This document shows positions 28,675 through 38,391 of a stretch of 52,414 nucleotides of DNA, one piece after another (position 1 is the stretch's first letter; each line of letters begins with the position of its first letter). The position numbers and the translations under genes are program-made. Under the pieces are notes generated by a model. The model saw nothing but the letters and a program-made list of their open reading frames with translations. It had not been told where the DNA came from and did no database searches. Source of the stretch: Burkholderiaceae bacterium (GTDB lineage: Bacteria > Pseudomonadota > Gammaproteobacteria > Burkholderiales > Burkholderiaceae_E); the NCBI GenBank assembly GCA_044359175.1, contig JBIKMO010000001.1:1-52414 (forward strand), written 5' to 3'.

Positions 28675-30672
28675 ATGAAGCCGAACCCGCGCGCTGCCGT
28701 CTCGGTCTGCCTGCTGACGGTCGCATGGTCGATTGCAGCGTGCTCTCCGTCGATCACCACGCCGGAGACCGCATTCGAGCTCCAGCTGCTGCATGTCGCC
28801 GACATGGACAGCGGCGGCGACCTGGTCACCAACTCGAAGTCGATCTCGGCGCTGGTGCAGCGGTTCCGGTCGGAGCGGCCCGACGCCACGCTGTTCGTGT
28901 CCTCGGGCGACAACTACATCCCGGGCCCGTTCTTCAACGCCGCCGACGACGCGTCGCTCGCCCCCGAGCTCGGGGTGCCGTCGGCCGGGCGTGCGGACAT
29001 CGCGATCCTGAATGCAATGGGGCTGCAGGCGTCGGCGTTCGGCAACCACGAGTTCGACAACGGCACGCGCACGGTGAGCGACCTGATCCGGCCCTCGGGC
29101 ACGTGGCCCGGCGCCCGGTTCCCCTACCTGTCGACCAACCTGAACTTCACCGGCGATTCCAACCTCGCTGCTGCGGCTGCGGCTGCCAACGACGGCGCCC
29201 TCGCCTCGACGCTCGCGGGTCGGATCGCGAAGTACGCGGTGGTGGAGGTCGGCGGCCAGTCGATCGGCCTGGTTGGCGCGACCACGCCGACGCTGCCGTC
29301 GATCACCACCGTGGGCGGCGTCACGGTGCGGCCCACCGGCGCGCAGGCCGGCGACGTCGATGCGCTCGCCGCGGAGATCCAGCCGTCGGTGGACGCGCTG
29401 CGCAGCCGAGGCATCGACAAGATCGTGCTGCTCGCGCACATGCAGCAGATCAGCGTGGAGCAGCAGCTCGCGACCCGGTTGCGACACGTCGACGTGATCG
29501 TGGCCGGCGGCTCGAACACCGGCCTGTACGACACGAACGACCGGGTCCGTCCCGGCGACACCGGCCGTGGCACGTACCCGCAGGTCTACACGTCGGCCAG
29601 CGGTGAGCCGGTGCTGCTGGTCAACGTCGACGCCGACTATAAGTACCTGGGCCGCCTGTTCGTGCCGTTCGACGTCGGTGGCCGCGTGATCGTCGACCGG
29701 CTCGACCCGGTGCGCAGCGGCGCGTACGCGACCGACGCGGACGGCCTCGCCGCCGTCGGGCTGAGCCTGTCCGATGCGATGCCGCAGGTGCGTGCGATCG
29801 CCGACAAGATCGGCGCGGTCATCGCGACGAAGGACGGCAACCTCTTCGGCGCCACCTCGGTCTATCTCGAAGGCGACCGGGTGCTGGTGCGCAACCAGGA
29901 GACCAACCTCGGCAACCTGTCGGCCGATGCGAATCTCGCGTGGGCCCGCAGCATCGACTCGGCGGCGACGATCTCGTTCAAGAACGGCGGCGGGATCCGA
30001 TCGTCGATCGGGGTGATCGATGCGCCCGCGGGCTCGACCGCGGGCGGCACGAAGGTCCGACCCGCGGCCAACCCGGCGGTGGGCAAGCAGGCGGGCGACG
30101 TATCGCAACTCGACATCGAGTTCGCCCTGCGCTTCAACAACGGACTCGCGATGCTGACCTTGACCGCCGAGCAGCTCAAGCAGGTGCTCGAGCACGGCGT
30201 GGCGAACTGGACGCCCACCTCGACCGCCGGGCAGTTTCCGCAGGTCGGCGGCGTGCGGTTCAGCTTCGATCCGACTGCCCCGGCCGGGTCTCGGGTTCGA
30301 ACGGTGGTTGTGGACGATCCGGACGGTGCGGGCCCGATCAACGGTCCGCAGGTGGTCTACTCGGGCGGTACGCTTCAGGTGCCCGCCGGTACGACCTACC
30401 GCACGGTGACGCTCGACTTCCTCGCCGATGGCGGCGACGCGTACCCGTTCCCCGCGTTCGTCACCGCGAATGCTGCGCTGGTCAATCGGGTGAATCTCGT
30501 GCCCGCCGGCACGACACGCACCTTCACCACGCCGGGCGGCGAGCAGCACGCGTTTGCGCAGTACCTGCGCGCACGTCATCCCCGTACCACGCCGTTCGCG
30601 GTCCCCGACGTGCCGGCGGCCCAGGACGCGCGCATCCAGAACCTGTCCCAGCGAGCGCAGGCACTGCCCTGA
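28675..30672 (+). CDS. bifunctional metallophosphatase/5'-nucleotidase lipoprotein
   Basis: Lipobox SIAAC. Calcineurin-like phosphoesterase motifs HVADMDSGGD, SSGDNYIPG and GNHEFD. The C-terminal 5'-nucleotidase domain includes NGGGIRSSI. ATG 28675. Confidence 0.85.
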   Translation: MKPNPRAAVSVCLLTVAWSIAACSPSITTPETAFELQLLHVADMDSGGDLVTNSKSISALVQRFRSERPDATLFVSSGDNYIPGPFFNAADDASLAPELGVPSAGRADIAILNAMGLQASAFGNHEFDNGTRTVSDLIRPSGTWPGARFPYLSTNLNFTGDSNLAAAAAAANDGALASTLAGRIAKYAVVEVGGQSIGLVGATTPTLPSITTVGGVTVRPTGAQAGDVDALAAEIQPSVDALRSRGIDKIVLLAHMQQISVEQQLATRLRHVDVIVAGGSNTGLYDTNDRVRPGDTGRGTYPQVYTSASGEPVLLVNVDADYKYLGRLFVPFDVGGRVIVDRLDPVRSGAYATDADGLAAVGLSLSDAMPQVRAIADKIGAVIATKDGNLFGATSVYLEGDRVLVRNQETNLGNLSADANLAWARSIDSAATISFKNGGGIRSSIGVIDAPAGSTAGGTKVRPAANPAVGKQAGDVSQLDIEFALRFNNGLAMLTLTAEQLKQVLEHGVANWTPTSTAGQFPQVGGVRFSFDPTAPAGSRVRTVVVDDPDGAGPINGPQVVYSGGTLQVPAGTTYRTVTLDFLADGGDAYPFPAFVTANAALVNRVNLVPAGTTRTFTTPGGEQHAFAQYLRARHPRTTPFAVPDVPAAQDARIQNLSQRAQALP

Positions 30673-30765
30673 CGGCACGGGCGGCGCGCGCCGCGGCGTC
30701 GGCGCCGCAGGCGACCCGGCGCGCGTCGGCTGCGCTGCCCGCTGCAGACGGTATGCTCGACGTCG

Positions 30766-31695
30766 ATGACGTCCCCGTCCTTCCTCGGTACGCCGGCGGC
30801 GGCGAGCCGCCGGGCGCGCGAGCGGCGCGGCATGCTGCTCGGCCTGCTCGGCGTGACGATGTTCGCGCTCACCCTGCCGATGACGCGGCTGGCGGTCGGC
30901 GATGCGTCCGCCCCGCAGCTGTCGCCGCAGTTCGTCACCGCCGGGCGTGCTGCGCTGGCCGGCCTGCTGAGCGTCGCGTGGCTGCTCTGGGTGCGGGCGC
31001 CATGGCCGGGCAGGCACCTGTGGCTGCCGATCGCGCTCACCGCGCTGGGGACGGTGGTCGGCTTTCCGCTGTTCCTCGCGCTGGCGCTGCGTCATGTCGA
31101 GTCGATGCACGCGGCGGTGGTCACCGGCGTGATCCCACTCGCCACGGCGGCGATCGCTGCCGCCTTCCTGCGCCAGCGCGCCTCCGCGGGCTTCTGGGCC
31201 TGCGCGGTCCTCGGGTGTGGGCTGGTGCTCGCGTTCGCGGTGGTCGCCGGCGGCGGCCGGCCGGTGGCCGCCGATGCGCTGCTGCTGGCGGCGGTGCTGA
31301 GCACCGGCGTCGGTTACGTCAGCGGCGCGAAGGTGTCGACCGAGCTGCCCGGGGAGCAGACCGTCTGCTGGGTGCTGGTGATGTCGCTGCCGCTCACCGT
31401 GCCGGCGATGCTGCTCACCTGGCCGCAGGCGGCGGTCGGGGCGACCGCCTGGGTCGGCCTGGCCTACGTGACGCTGTTCTCGATGTGGATCGGGTTCTTC
31501 GCCTGGTACCGTGGACTGGCGATGGGCGGGGTGATGCGGGTGAGTCAGGTGCAGCTGCTGCAGCCGTTCATCGCGCTGCTGGCCGGCGTGCCGATCCTCG
31601 GCGAGCGGCTGGACGCGATGACCGTGGGCTTCGCGCTCGCGGTGGTCGCCGTGGTGCTCGTCGGGCGGCGCATGCCGGCGGGCCGGCCCGCGTGA
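30766..31695 (+). CDS. DMT superfamily (EamA-like) transporter
   Basis: About 10 hydrophobic segments in two EamA-like halves. An internal Met (MLLGLLGV...) is an alternative start. Confidence 0.8.
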   Translation: MTSPSFLGTPAAASRRARERRGMLLGLLGVTMFALTLPMTRLAVGDASAPQLSPQFVTAGRAALAGLLSVAWLLWVRAPWPGRHLWLPIALTALGTVVGFPLFLALALRHVESMHAAVVTGVIPLATAAIAAAFLRQRASAGFWACAVLGCGLVLAFAVVAGGGRPVAADALLLAAVLSTGVGYVSGAKVSTELPGEQTVCWVLVMSLPLTVPAMLLTWPQAAVGATAWVGLAYVTLFSMWIGFFAWYRGLAMGGVMRVSQVQLLQPFIALLAGVPILGERLDAMTVGFALAVVAVVLVGRRMPAGRPA

Positions 31696-31703
31696 CCGCC
31701 GCC

Positions 31704-32762
31704 TCAGGCGGCACCGAACCGGATCACTCCGTCGTCACCGACCCGGCGCGCCAGCTGGCCCGCGTACCACAGCGCGTGCAGGTGGGCGAGCGACTCGCCC
31801 AGCGCGAACATCATCTGGTGGGCGTCGAACTCGCGGCCGAAGATCACCGGGACCATCGCCGCGGCGGTGCCGGGCCGCTCGCGGCACGCCGCCTCGACCA
31901 CGGCGAGCCGCTCGTCGTGATGCGCGCGCAGCTGCGCGATCCGACGGTGCAGCCCGCGAAACGGGCGGCCGTGCGAGGGCAGCACCAGCGTGTCCGGCGC
32001 GCATGGCTGGAAGCGCTCGAGCGACGTCAGGTACCAGGCGAGCGGGTTCGATTCCGGCTCCAGGTCGAAGACCGACACGTTGGTCGAGATCCGCGGCAGC
32101 ACCATGTCGCCGGAGATCAGCAGGCCGTCGTCCGCGGCGTGCAGCGCGGCGTGCTCCGGGGAGTGGCCGGTGCCCACGATCACGCGCCAGGTGCGGCCGC
32201 CGATCGGGATCGGCTCGCCGTCGACGATCCGTCGGAACGACAGCGGCATCGCCGGCACCAGCGACGGGAAGTGGCTGCGCACCCGACGTGACAGCGCCTC
32301 GAGCTGGGGCCCGTCGCTCATGCCGTGGCGCTTGTAGTGCTCGTAGCCGGAATTCGGGTTCGCCCCGGGCATCGCCACGGACAGGATCCGGCCCATCGCG
32401 TACTCGCCGAGCGTCATCCACAGCGGCGCATCGAACCGGTCGCACAGCATCCGCGCGAGCCCGACGTGATCCGGATGCGTGTGGGTGCACAGCACGCGCA
32501 CGATCGGCAGTCCGTCGAGCCCGTGGGCGAACAGCGTCTCCCAGTGCGCGCGGATCGCATCGGAGGCCACGCCGCAGTCGATCACCGTCCAGCCGTCGCG
32601 CCCGCGGAACGTGTCACGCAACAGCCACAGGTTGATGTGATCGAGCGCGAACGGCAGCGGCATGCGCAGCCAATGGATCCCGGGCGCGATCTCGCGCCGC
32701 ACGGCGGGTGCGGGCAGCGCATCGCCGAACGGGTAGGCGAGCTCGTGCTCGTGCGGATTCAT
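31704..32762 (-). CDS. MBL-fold metallo-hydrolase
   Basis: The THTHPDH motif (HxHxDH), GHSPEH and LPSHG. ATG 32762. The listed 1185-aa ORF is an upstream artefact. Confidence 0.85.
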   Translation of the reverse strand: MNPHEHELAYPFGDALPAPAVRREIAPGIHWLRMPLPFALDHINLWLLRDTFRGRDGWTVIDCGVASDAIRAHWETLFAHGLDGLPIVRVLCTHTHPDHVGLARMLCDRFDAPLWMTLGEYAMGRILSVAMPGANPNSGYEHYKRHGMSDGPQLEALSRRVRSHFPSLVPAMPLSFRRIVDGEPIPIGGRTWRVIVGTGHSPEHAALHAADDGLLISGDMVLPRISTNVSVFDLEPESNPLAWYLTSLERFQPCAPDTLVLPSHGRPFRGLHRRIAQLRAHHDERLAVVEAACRERPGTAAAMVPVIFGREFDAHQMMFALGESLAHLHALWYAGQLARRVGDDGVIRFGAA

Positions 32763-32990
32763 CGGTGCGGCATTCCCGGACGCTCCAGCCTGCCGCGAGT
32801 GTACCCGGGCCCCTCCGGGCGACCCCGGTCCGGCCGGGCTGGCCCGCGCGCGCCGCCGGGCCGGCCTGGCCTTCCGGGCGCGCCCGAACCCTCCTATGCT
32901 TGCGCCTGCGCCGCGCCGACCCTGCCCGATGACCCGACCGACGATCGACCGCGTCCCAAGCCCCCCGCCCCTCGGGTCGGATCGCCGCAG

Positions 32991-35234
32991 ATGACCGTGA
33001 CCGAGCCTTCCGTCGCCGTCAGGGCAGCTCGCATCGCGGTGTTCGCGCTCACGATCTTCGTGAGCGCGTTCCTGCTGTTCCAGGTCCAGCCGATGGTGAG
33101 CAAGGCGATCCTGCCCTGGTTCGGCGGCGGACCGGCGGTGTGGACCGCGGCCATGCTGTTCTTCCAGTGCGCGCTGTTCGGCGGCTACCTGTACGCGCAC
33201 GCGCTGGCGTCGATCCGCTCGGCGCGGCTGCAGGCGGCGGCGCACCTGCTGCTGCTCGCCGCCGCCGCGCTGCTCGCGCAGTCGGTGATCCCGGGAGCGG
33301 GCCTGCGGCCGGTGACCGAGCACTCGCCGGTCACGCAGATCCTGTGGATCCTCGCGCTCAGCGTCGGTCTGCCGTACTTCTGCCTGGCCAGCACCGGGCC
33401 GCTGCTGCAGCACTGGTTCGCGCGGGCCGCGGTCGCCGGCTCGGTATACCGGCTGTTTGCGCTGTCGAACCTCGGGTCGCTGCTCGCGCTGCTGTCGTTT
33501 CCGTACCTGTTCGAGCCATGGTTCGAGCTGCCCGCGATCGGTGCGGGCTGGACCTGGGGGTTCTGGCTGTTCGCGATCGCCTGCGGCACCGTGGCCCTGA
33601 TCCAGGTCCGCGCAATCGAGGCGCGCACCGACGCGGGGGCCCCGCAGGCCGAGCGGTCCGCAGACCCGCCGACCCCGCATGCGTCCGGCGCCGCCGGTGG
33701 GTCCGGGCGCTGGCGCGAGACCGCGTCCTGGGTGCTGCTGCCCGCGCTCGCCTCGGTGCTGTTCATCGCGACCACGGATCAGGCGAGCCACAACATCGCG
33801 CCCGAGCCTCGGCTGTGGATCCTCACGCTGTCGATCTACCTGCTCACCTTCATCGTGAGCTTCGATCATCCGCGCTGGTATCGGCCCGGGCCGGTCGCGG
33901 CGCTGGCGCTGATTGCGGTGCTGGGCGTGGCCGGCCGGTACGCGATCCCGGACCTGTTCGACTGGGACGTGAGCTACGGTGCGGCCGATCTGCGCTACCT
34001 GTTCGCGCTGATGCTGTTCCTGGTCTGCCTGGTGTGCCACGGCGAGCTCTATCGGCGACGCCCGTCGGACCCCGCCCGCCTGACCGCGTACTACCTTTGG
34101 ATGTCGTTCGGCGGCGCGTGCGGTGGGCTGTTCATCGCGCTGGTCGCCACGCATCTGTTCGCCGACTTCCACGAGTGGCCGATTGCGCTGGCGGCCGGCG
34201 CCGCGCTGTGCGTTCGGGTGATCGCGCGCGAGGTCCGCGGCCGCTGGGGCCGGGACGGACCGCAGCCGGGCGCGCGCACGCTCCTCGGTCGCATCCCGGT
34301 GGGGCTCGCCACCCTGGTCTGCGCGGGGCTCGCCTTCTGGTGGGACAACCCGGTGCGTGGTCGCACCGGTGCGATCGCGGGCGCGGCCGAATCCACGCTC
34401 GATCAGTCGCGCAACTTCTACGGCGTGGTCGCGGTGGTGGAGCGCCGCTTCCCCGAGGACCCGTCGCGCGATCACCGGGTCTTCTACAGCGGTCAGGTCA
34501 CCCATGGGATCCAGCTGATCGGCCCAGGGCGGCAGCGTCAGCCCGTCAGCTACTACGACCGCGACAGCGGGATCGGCGAGACGCTCGAGTACCTGAAGTC
34601 GCGCAAGCCCGCGCTCGACGTCGCGGTCACCGGGCTGGGCGCGGGGACGGTGGCGCTGTACGCCCGGCCCACCGATCGCTACGACTTCTTCGAGATCAAC
34701 CCCGAGGCCGAGCGCATCGCCCGCGGCTGGTTCACCTTCCTGGCCGACTCGCCGGCGCGCGAACTGCGGGTGCTGATCGGCGATGCCCGGCTCACGTTCG
34801 CCCGTCTGCCCGAGGGCACCCGCTACGACCTCATCCTGCTCGCCGCCTTCAGCGGTGGCTCGGTGCCCGTGCACCTGCTCACGCGCGAGGCGTTCGCCCA
34901 GTACGCCGAGCGCCTGGCCCCCGACGGCTTCCTGGTGGTCAACATCACCAACGCATACCTGAACCTGTATCCGGTGGTGAAGCGGCAGGCCGAGGCGCTC
35001 GGGATGGCGGTGCGCAGCCGCTTCCAGGAGCGGGACCCGAAGCGCTTCATCCGCGAGAACCACTACATGATCCTCACCCGGGACGCCGACTACCTGCGCG
35101 CGTATCCGTCGGTCGACCGCCCGATCCGCGACGCCGAGGGCCGGGTGATCGGAACCCGCCAGTACGACCTGCCCGGGGTCGGCCTGTGGACCGATGCGTT
35201 CAGCAGCATCACGCCGCTCGAGTGGCGTGACTGA
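32991..35234 (+). CDS. fused polytopic membrane domain / spermidine-synthase-like (class I methyltransferase fold) protein
   Basis: The N-terminal ~450 aa contain many TM helices. The C-terminal part contains VAVTGLGAGTVALYARPTDRYDFFEINPE...DLILLAAF...APDGFLVVN, typical of SpeE-like folds. ATG 32991. Confidence 0.8.
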   Translation: MTVTEPSVAVRAARIAVFALTIFVSAFLLFQVQPMVSKAILPWFGGGPAVWTAAMLFFQCALFGGYLYAHALASIRSARLQAAAHLLLLAAAALLAQSVIPGAGLRPVTEHSPVTQILWILALSVGLPYFCLASTGPLLQHWFARAAVAGSVYRLFALSNLGSLLALLSFPYLFEPWFELPAIGAGWTWGFWLFAIACGTVALIQVRAIEARTDAGAPQAERSADPPTPHASGAAGGSGRWRETASWVLLPALASVLFIATTDQASHNIAPEPRLWILTLSIYLLTFIVSFDHPRWYRPGPVAALALIAVLGVAGRYAIPDLFDWDVSYGAADLRYLFALMLFLVCLVCHGELYRRRPSDPARLTAYYLWMSFGGACGGLFIALVATHLFADFHEWPIALAAGAALCVRVIAREVRGRWGRDGPQPGARTLLGRIPVGLATLVCAGLAFWWDNPVRGRTGAIAGAAESTLDQSRNFYGVVAVVERRFPEDPSRDHRVFYSGQVTHGIQLIGPGRQRQPVSYYDRDSGIGETLEYLKSRKPALDVAVTGLGAGTVALYARPTDRYDFFEINPEAERIARGWFTFLADSPARELRVLIGDARLTFARLPEGTRYDLILLAAFSGGSVPVHLLTREAFAQYAERLAPDGFLVVNITNAYLNLYPVVKRQAEALGMAVRSRFQERDPKRFIRENHYMILTRDADYLRAYPSVDRPIRDAEGRVIGTRQYDLPGVGLWTDAFSSITPLEWRD

Positions 35235-35275
35235 CCCGTCGGCGGCCGGCGTACGGACCACCAGGAGACCCGAGG

Positions 35276-36157
35276 ATGGGCGACACCGTGTTCCGCGGCT
35301 ACGACCGGGCCGGACTGGATGCGCAGTACGACAACCGCGCGAAGGTGGCGGCGTTCGACGCGCACCTCGCGCGATGGACCGCCGACGGCGAGCGGGCTCG
35401 CGCCACGCTCGCGCCGCGGCTCGACGTGTCCGTCGGCCCCGGGGCCCGCGAGACGGTGAACGTCTTTGCGGCGCGCTGCGACGATCCGGGCGGCGCGCCG
35501 GTGCTGGTGTGGATCCACGGCGGCTACTGGCGCTCGCTCGCCAAGGAACTGAACGACTTCGTCGCGCTCGGTCTGGTGCCGCACGGCGTCGCGGTGGTCA
35601 ACGTCGAGTACGACCTGATGCCTGCGGCACGGATGCAGACGCTGGTGCATCAGGTCCGCGCGGCGGTGGCGTGGACGCTCGCGCACGCGGCCTCGTTCGG
35701 CGCGGACCCGGATCGGGTGTGGATCGGTGGCCACTCCGCCGGGGGGCACCTGACCGCGGCGGCGGCGGCCACCGACTGGGATCAGCGCACCGATCTGCCG
35801 ACCGGCCGGCGGCCGGCCGGCGGCTTCGCGGTGAGCGGCCTGCACGACCTCGAACCGATCCGGCGGTGCTTCCTCGACGAGTCGCTCGCGCTCACCGCGG
35901 CCGAGGTTGCCGCGTGGTCGCCGATCGCGATGCCGCCCCCGCCCGACGGCGACTGGACGCTGCTGGTGGGTGGGCTCGAAGGCCCCGAGTACCTTCGGCA
36001 GAGCGCCGATCTCGCTGCTGCCTGGGGTTCGGACGAGCGGCGGCGCGTCCGGCTCGAGGTGGCGGCGGGCGAAGACCACTTCTCGATCGTCGCGCCGCTC
36101 GCCGATCCGAACTCGGCGCTGTCGCACCGGCTCGCCGCCGCGATGCGCGCGCGCTGA
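35276..36157 (+). CDS. alpha/beta hydrolase (arylformamidase/esterase-lipase type)
   Basis: Oxyanion HGGYW and nucleophile GHSAGGH. Length 293 aa. Confidence 0.8.
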   Translation: MGDTVFRGYDRAGLDAQYDNRAKVAAFDAHLARWTADGERARATLAPRLDVSVGPGARETVNVFAARCDDPGGAPVLVWIHGGYWRSLAKELNDFVALGLVPHGVAVVNVEYDLMPAARMQTLVHQVRAAVAWTLAHAASFGADPDRVWIGGHSAGGHLTAAAAATDWDQRTDLPTGRRPAGGFAVSGLHDLEPIRRCFLDESLALTAAEVAAWSPIAMPPPPDGDWTLLVGGLEGPEYLRQSADLAAAWGSDERRRVRLEVAAGEDHFSIVAPLADPNSALSHRLAAAMRAR

Positions 36158-36194
36158 GCGCTGCGGCGAAGGCGAGGATTCATCCGCGCGTGCC

Positions 36195-37100
36195 TCAGGC
36201 GGTCAGTCTGCGGCAGGCCGCGACGATCATCCCTCGCAGCCACCGCTGAGCCGGATCCCGGTCCAGCCGCTCGGGCCATTGCATCGTCAGGTCGACCGGC
36301 GGGATCGTGAACGGCAGCCGGTGCACCTTCACCGGCAGATATCTGCCGAACTCGCGCGCGAGCCTGCTCTGGATCGTGATCACGAGGTCCGATCGCGCGA
36401 CGATCTCGACGGCGGCCAGGTAGCGCGGCGTGGTCATCACGACCATCCGTTCGCGCCGATGTCCTCGCAGCACGGCTTCCCACGTGCTCGTGAAGTTGCC
36501 GTCGGTGGAGACGACGATGTGCCTGGCGTCGAGGTAGCGGGCCATCGTGAGCGGCTTCGGGCCGAAGCGGTCGGCGCGTGCGACGCATACGTAGCCGTCG
36601 CTCAATACCCGCTCGCAGTGCCGACCTCCGCGGGATGCCGAAGCGAAACTCACGAACACGTCCGATCGCGCTGCGGCGAGGTCGGCCTCGAGTTCGAGCG
36701 CGGACATCGCCTGGATCTGCACTCGCGCCAGCGGTGCGGCCTGGCGCATCTGCTCGATCAGCAGCGGGCAGACCAGGCACTCGAAGTAGTCGGTCGTCGC
36801 GATCCTGAAGGTTCGCGTCGTGGTGGACGGATCGAAGCGGCTCGGTCCGAGCGCGGTCTCGATGTCCTGAAGCGCCCGGGCCACCGGCGCCCGCAGCGCT
36901 TCGGCTCGGGGCGTCGGGTTCATGCCGCGGGCGCCCCGGACGAAGAGCGCATCACCGGTCAGGGCCCGCAGCCGAGCGAGCGCATGACTCATCGCCGACT
37001 GACTCAGGTGCAGGGCCGAAGCTGCCCGGGTGACGCTGCCTTCCCTGAGCAGTGCGTCCAACGCGACGAGCAGGTTGAGGTCGATGCCGTGAAGATGCAC
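36195..37100 (-). CDS. LysR-family transcriptional regulator
   Basis: N-terminal HTH DLNLLVALDALLREGSVTRAASALHLSQSAMSHALARLR. GTG start 37100. It is divergent from the catabolic cluster. Confidence 0.9.
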   Translation of the reverse strand: MHLHGIDLNLLVALDALLREGSVTRAASALHLSQSAMSHALARLRALTGDALFVRGARGMNPTPRAEALRAPVARALQDIETALGPSRFDPSTTTRTFRIATTDYFECLVCPLLIEQMRQAAPLARVQIQAMSALELEADLAAARSDVFVSFASASRGGRHCERVLSDGYVCVARADRFGPKPLTMARYLDARHIVVSTDGNFTSTWEAVLRGHRRERMVVMTTPRYLAAVEIVARSDLVITIQSRLAREFGRYLPVKVHRLPFTIPPVDLTMQWPERLDRDPAQRWLRGMIVAACRRLTA

Positions 37101-37104
37101 GCGG

Positions 37105-37139
37105 TCGATATCGAGTGTGCTACGAATTCATTGTATCGA
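37105..37139. promoter_or_regulatory. candidate LysR operator / divergent promoter: palindrome TCGATATCGA plus distal TATCGA half-site in a locally AT-richer stretch
   Basis: TCGATATCGA at 37105-37114 and TATCGA at 37134-37139, read directly. They lie in the 142-bp gap between the LysR gene and the Ldh2-family gene. Confidence 0.35.
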
Positions 37140-37242
37140 ACGACGCTTGACGGACTAGCATCGCTCCACGAGGCGGCGCAGCGGTGCCGGCGACACCGGG
37201 TCGTCGACGGGCGACGTACACGACGGGGACCACCGGGCGGCG

Positions 37243-38316
37243 ATGGAGCGACGTCACGACGCATCTGCGGGCGGGAGCATCGCGACGATTCCGGTCGCAC
37301 CCGGGCGACTTCGGGCGTTCGTTCGCGACCTGGCCCGCGCCGCGGGCATGGAGGCCGCGAACGCCGAACGGTTCGGCGCGATCTACCTGCGGGCCACCCT
37401 GCGGGGGCAGGGCCACCATGACGTGTCCGACCTGCCGCTTCGCATCCAGGCCTTCCGGCGCGGCACGATGAACCCCAATCCGACGATCCGTCGCTCGGCG
37501 GGCCGGGCCGCGATCGAAGGCTACGACGGCGACAACGGCCCGGGCGAACTGTGCAGCGACTTCATCCTGGCGCGCGCGCTCGAGCTCGCGCAGGACCACG
37601 GGGTGGGCCTGTGCACGGTCAGCAACAGCAATCACTTCCTCGCCGCCGCACCGTACGTCGAGCAGGCGGCCGAACGGGGCTGTCTGGGGATCGTCCTCTC
37701 GCGCTCCAAGCCGGTGATGGGCGTGCCCGGGTGCGGGGAGCGACTGATCGGCAACGGGCCGCTGGGGTTCGCTGCGCCGACCGAGGCGGGGTACCCGGTG
37801 CTGCTCGACATCTGCGTCGCGTATGCGTCGTTCGGGACGCTCGAGGCGCTCGCCCAGGCGGGGGCCCGCGTGCCGCCGACGTGGGGTGGTGATTCGCACG
37901 GCGTGGCCACCACCGATCCGGCGGTGATCACCGACGCGGGGGTGTCCTACCCGATCGGCGGTCACAAGGGGTTCGGGCTGGGGTTGCTGGTCGAGATCCT
38001 GACCGGTGCGCTGGCGGGCGGTCCGGTGGCCGACGGAATCCATCCGGCGAACCCGAACGGCAGCGGCGTTCACTCGCAGACGGCCATCGTGATCCATCCC
38101 GACGCCCTGATGCCCGCGCACGCGTTTCGCGCCAAGGTGACCGAACTGATCGACCGCGTGACCGCCAGGGCGCCGACGGTCAGGATCCCCGGGCGGGCGT
38201 CGTTCGAGAAGCGGGAGCAGGCCGTGCGGGGCGACGCGATCCTGCTGCGTCGCGAGGTGGTCGGCGAGCTCGATGCGCTCGCCGTCGGGTTCGGCGTGGA
38301 GCCGATGTGCGCATGA
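37243..38316 (+). CDS. Ldh2-family (malate/L-lactate/ureidoglycolate dehydrogenase type 2) oxidoreductase
   Basis: Contains LRGQGHHDVSDLP, NSNHF, NGPLGFAAP and GGHKGFGLGLLVEILTGALAGG. Confidence 0.85.
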   Translation: MERRHDASAGGSIATIPVAPGRLRAFVRDLARAAGMEAANAERFGAIYLRATLRGQGHHDVSDLPLRIQAFRRGTMNPNPTIRRSAGRAAIEGYDGDNGPGELCSDFILARALELAQDHGVGLCTVSNSNHFLAAAPYVEQAAERGCLGIVLSRSKPVMGVPGCGERLIGNGPLGFAAPTEAGYPVLLDICVAYASFGTLEALAQAGARVPPTWGGDSHGVATTDPAVITDAGVSYPIGGHKGFGLGLLVEILTGALAGGPVADGIHPANPNGSGVHSQTAIVIHPDALMPAHAFRAKVTELIDRVTARAPTVRIPGRASFEKREQAVRGDAILLRREVVGELDALAVGFGVEPMCA

Positions 38317-38391
38317 TCCGACGCGGCACGCGCGGCGAGCCGCGCGTGCCGCGATACCGGAATCCGGGCGATGCCCGCGGAGGAGACGACG

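Noticed and set aside
31704-35261. 1185-aa ORF suggesting a giant MBL-fold fusion protein
   Set aside because: Only the last 352 aa (from ATG 32762) look like a real protein. The upstream ~830 aa are antisense to the well-supported spermidine-synthase-like gene and are compositionally aberrant.
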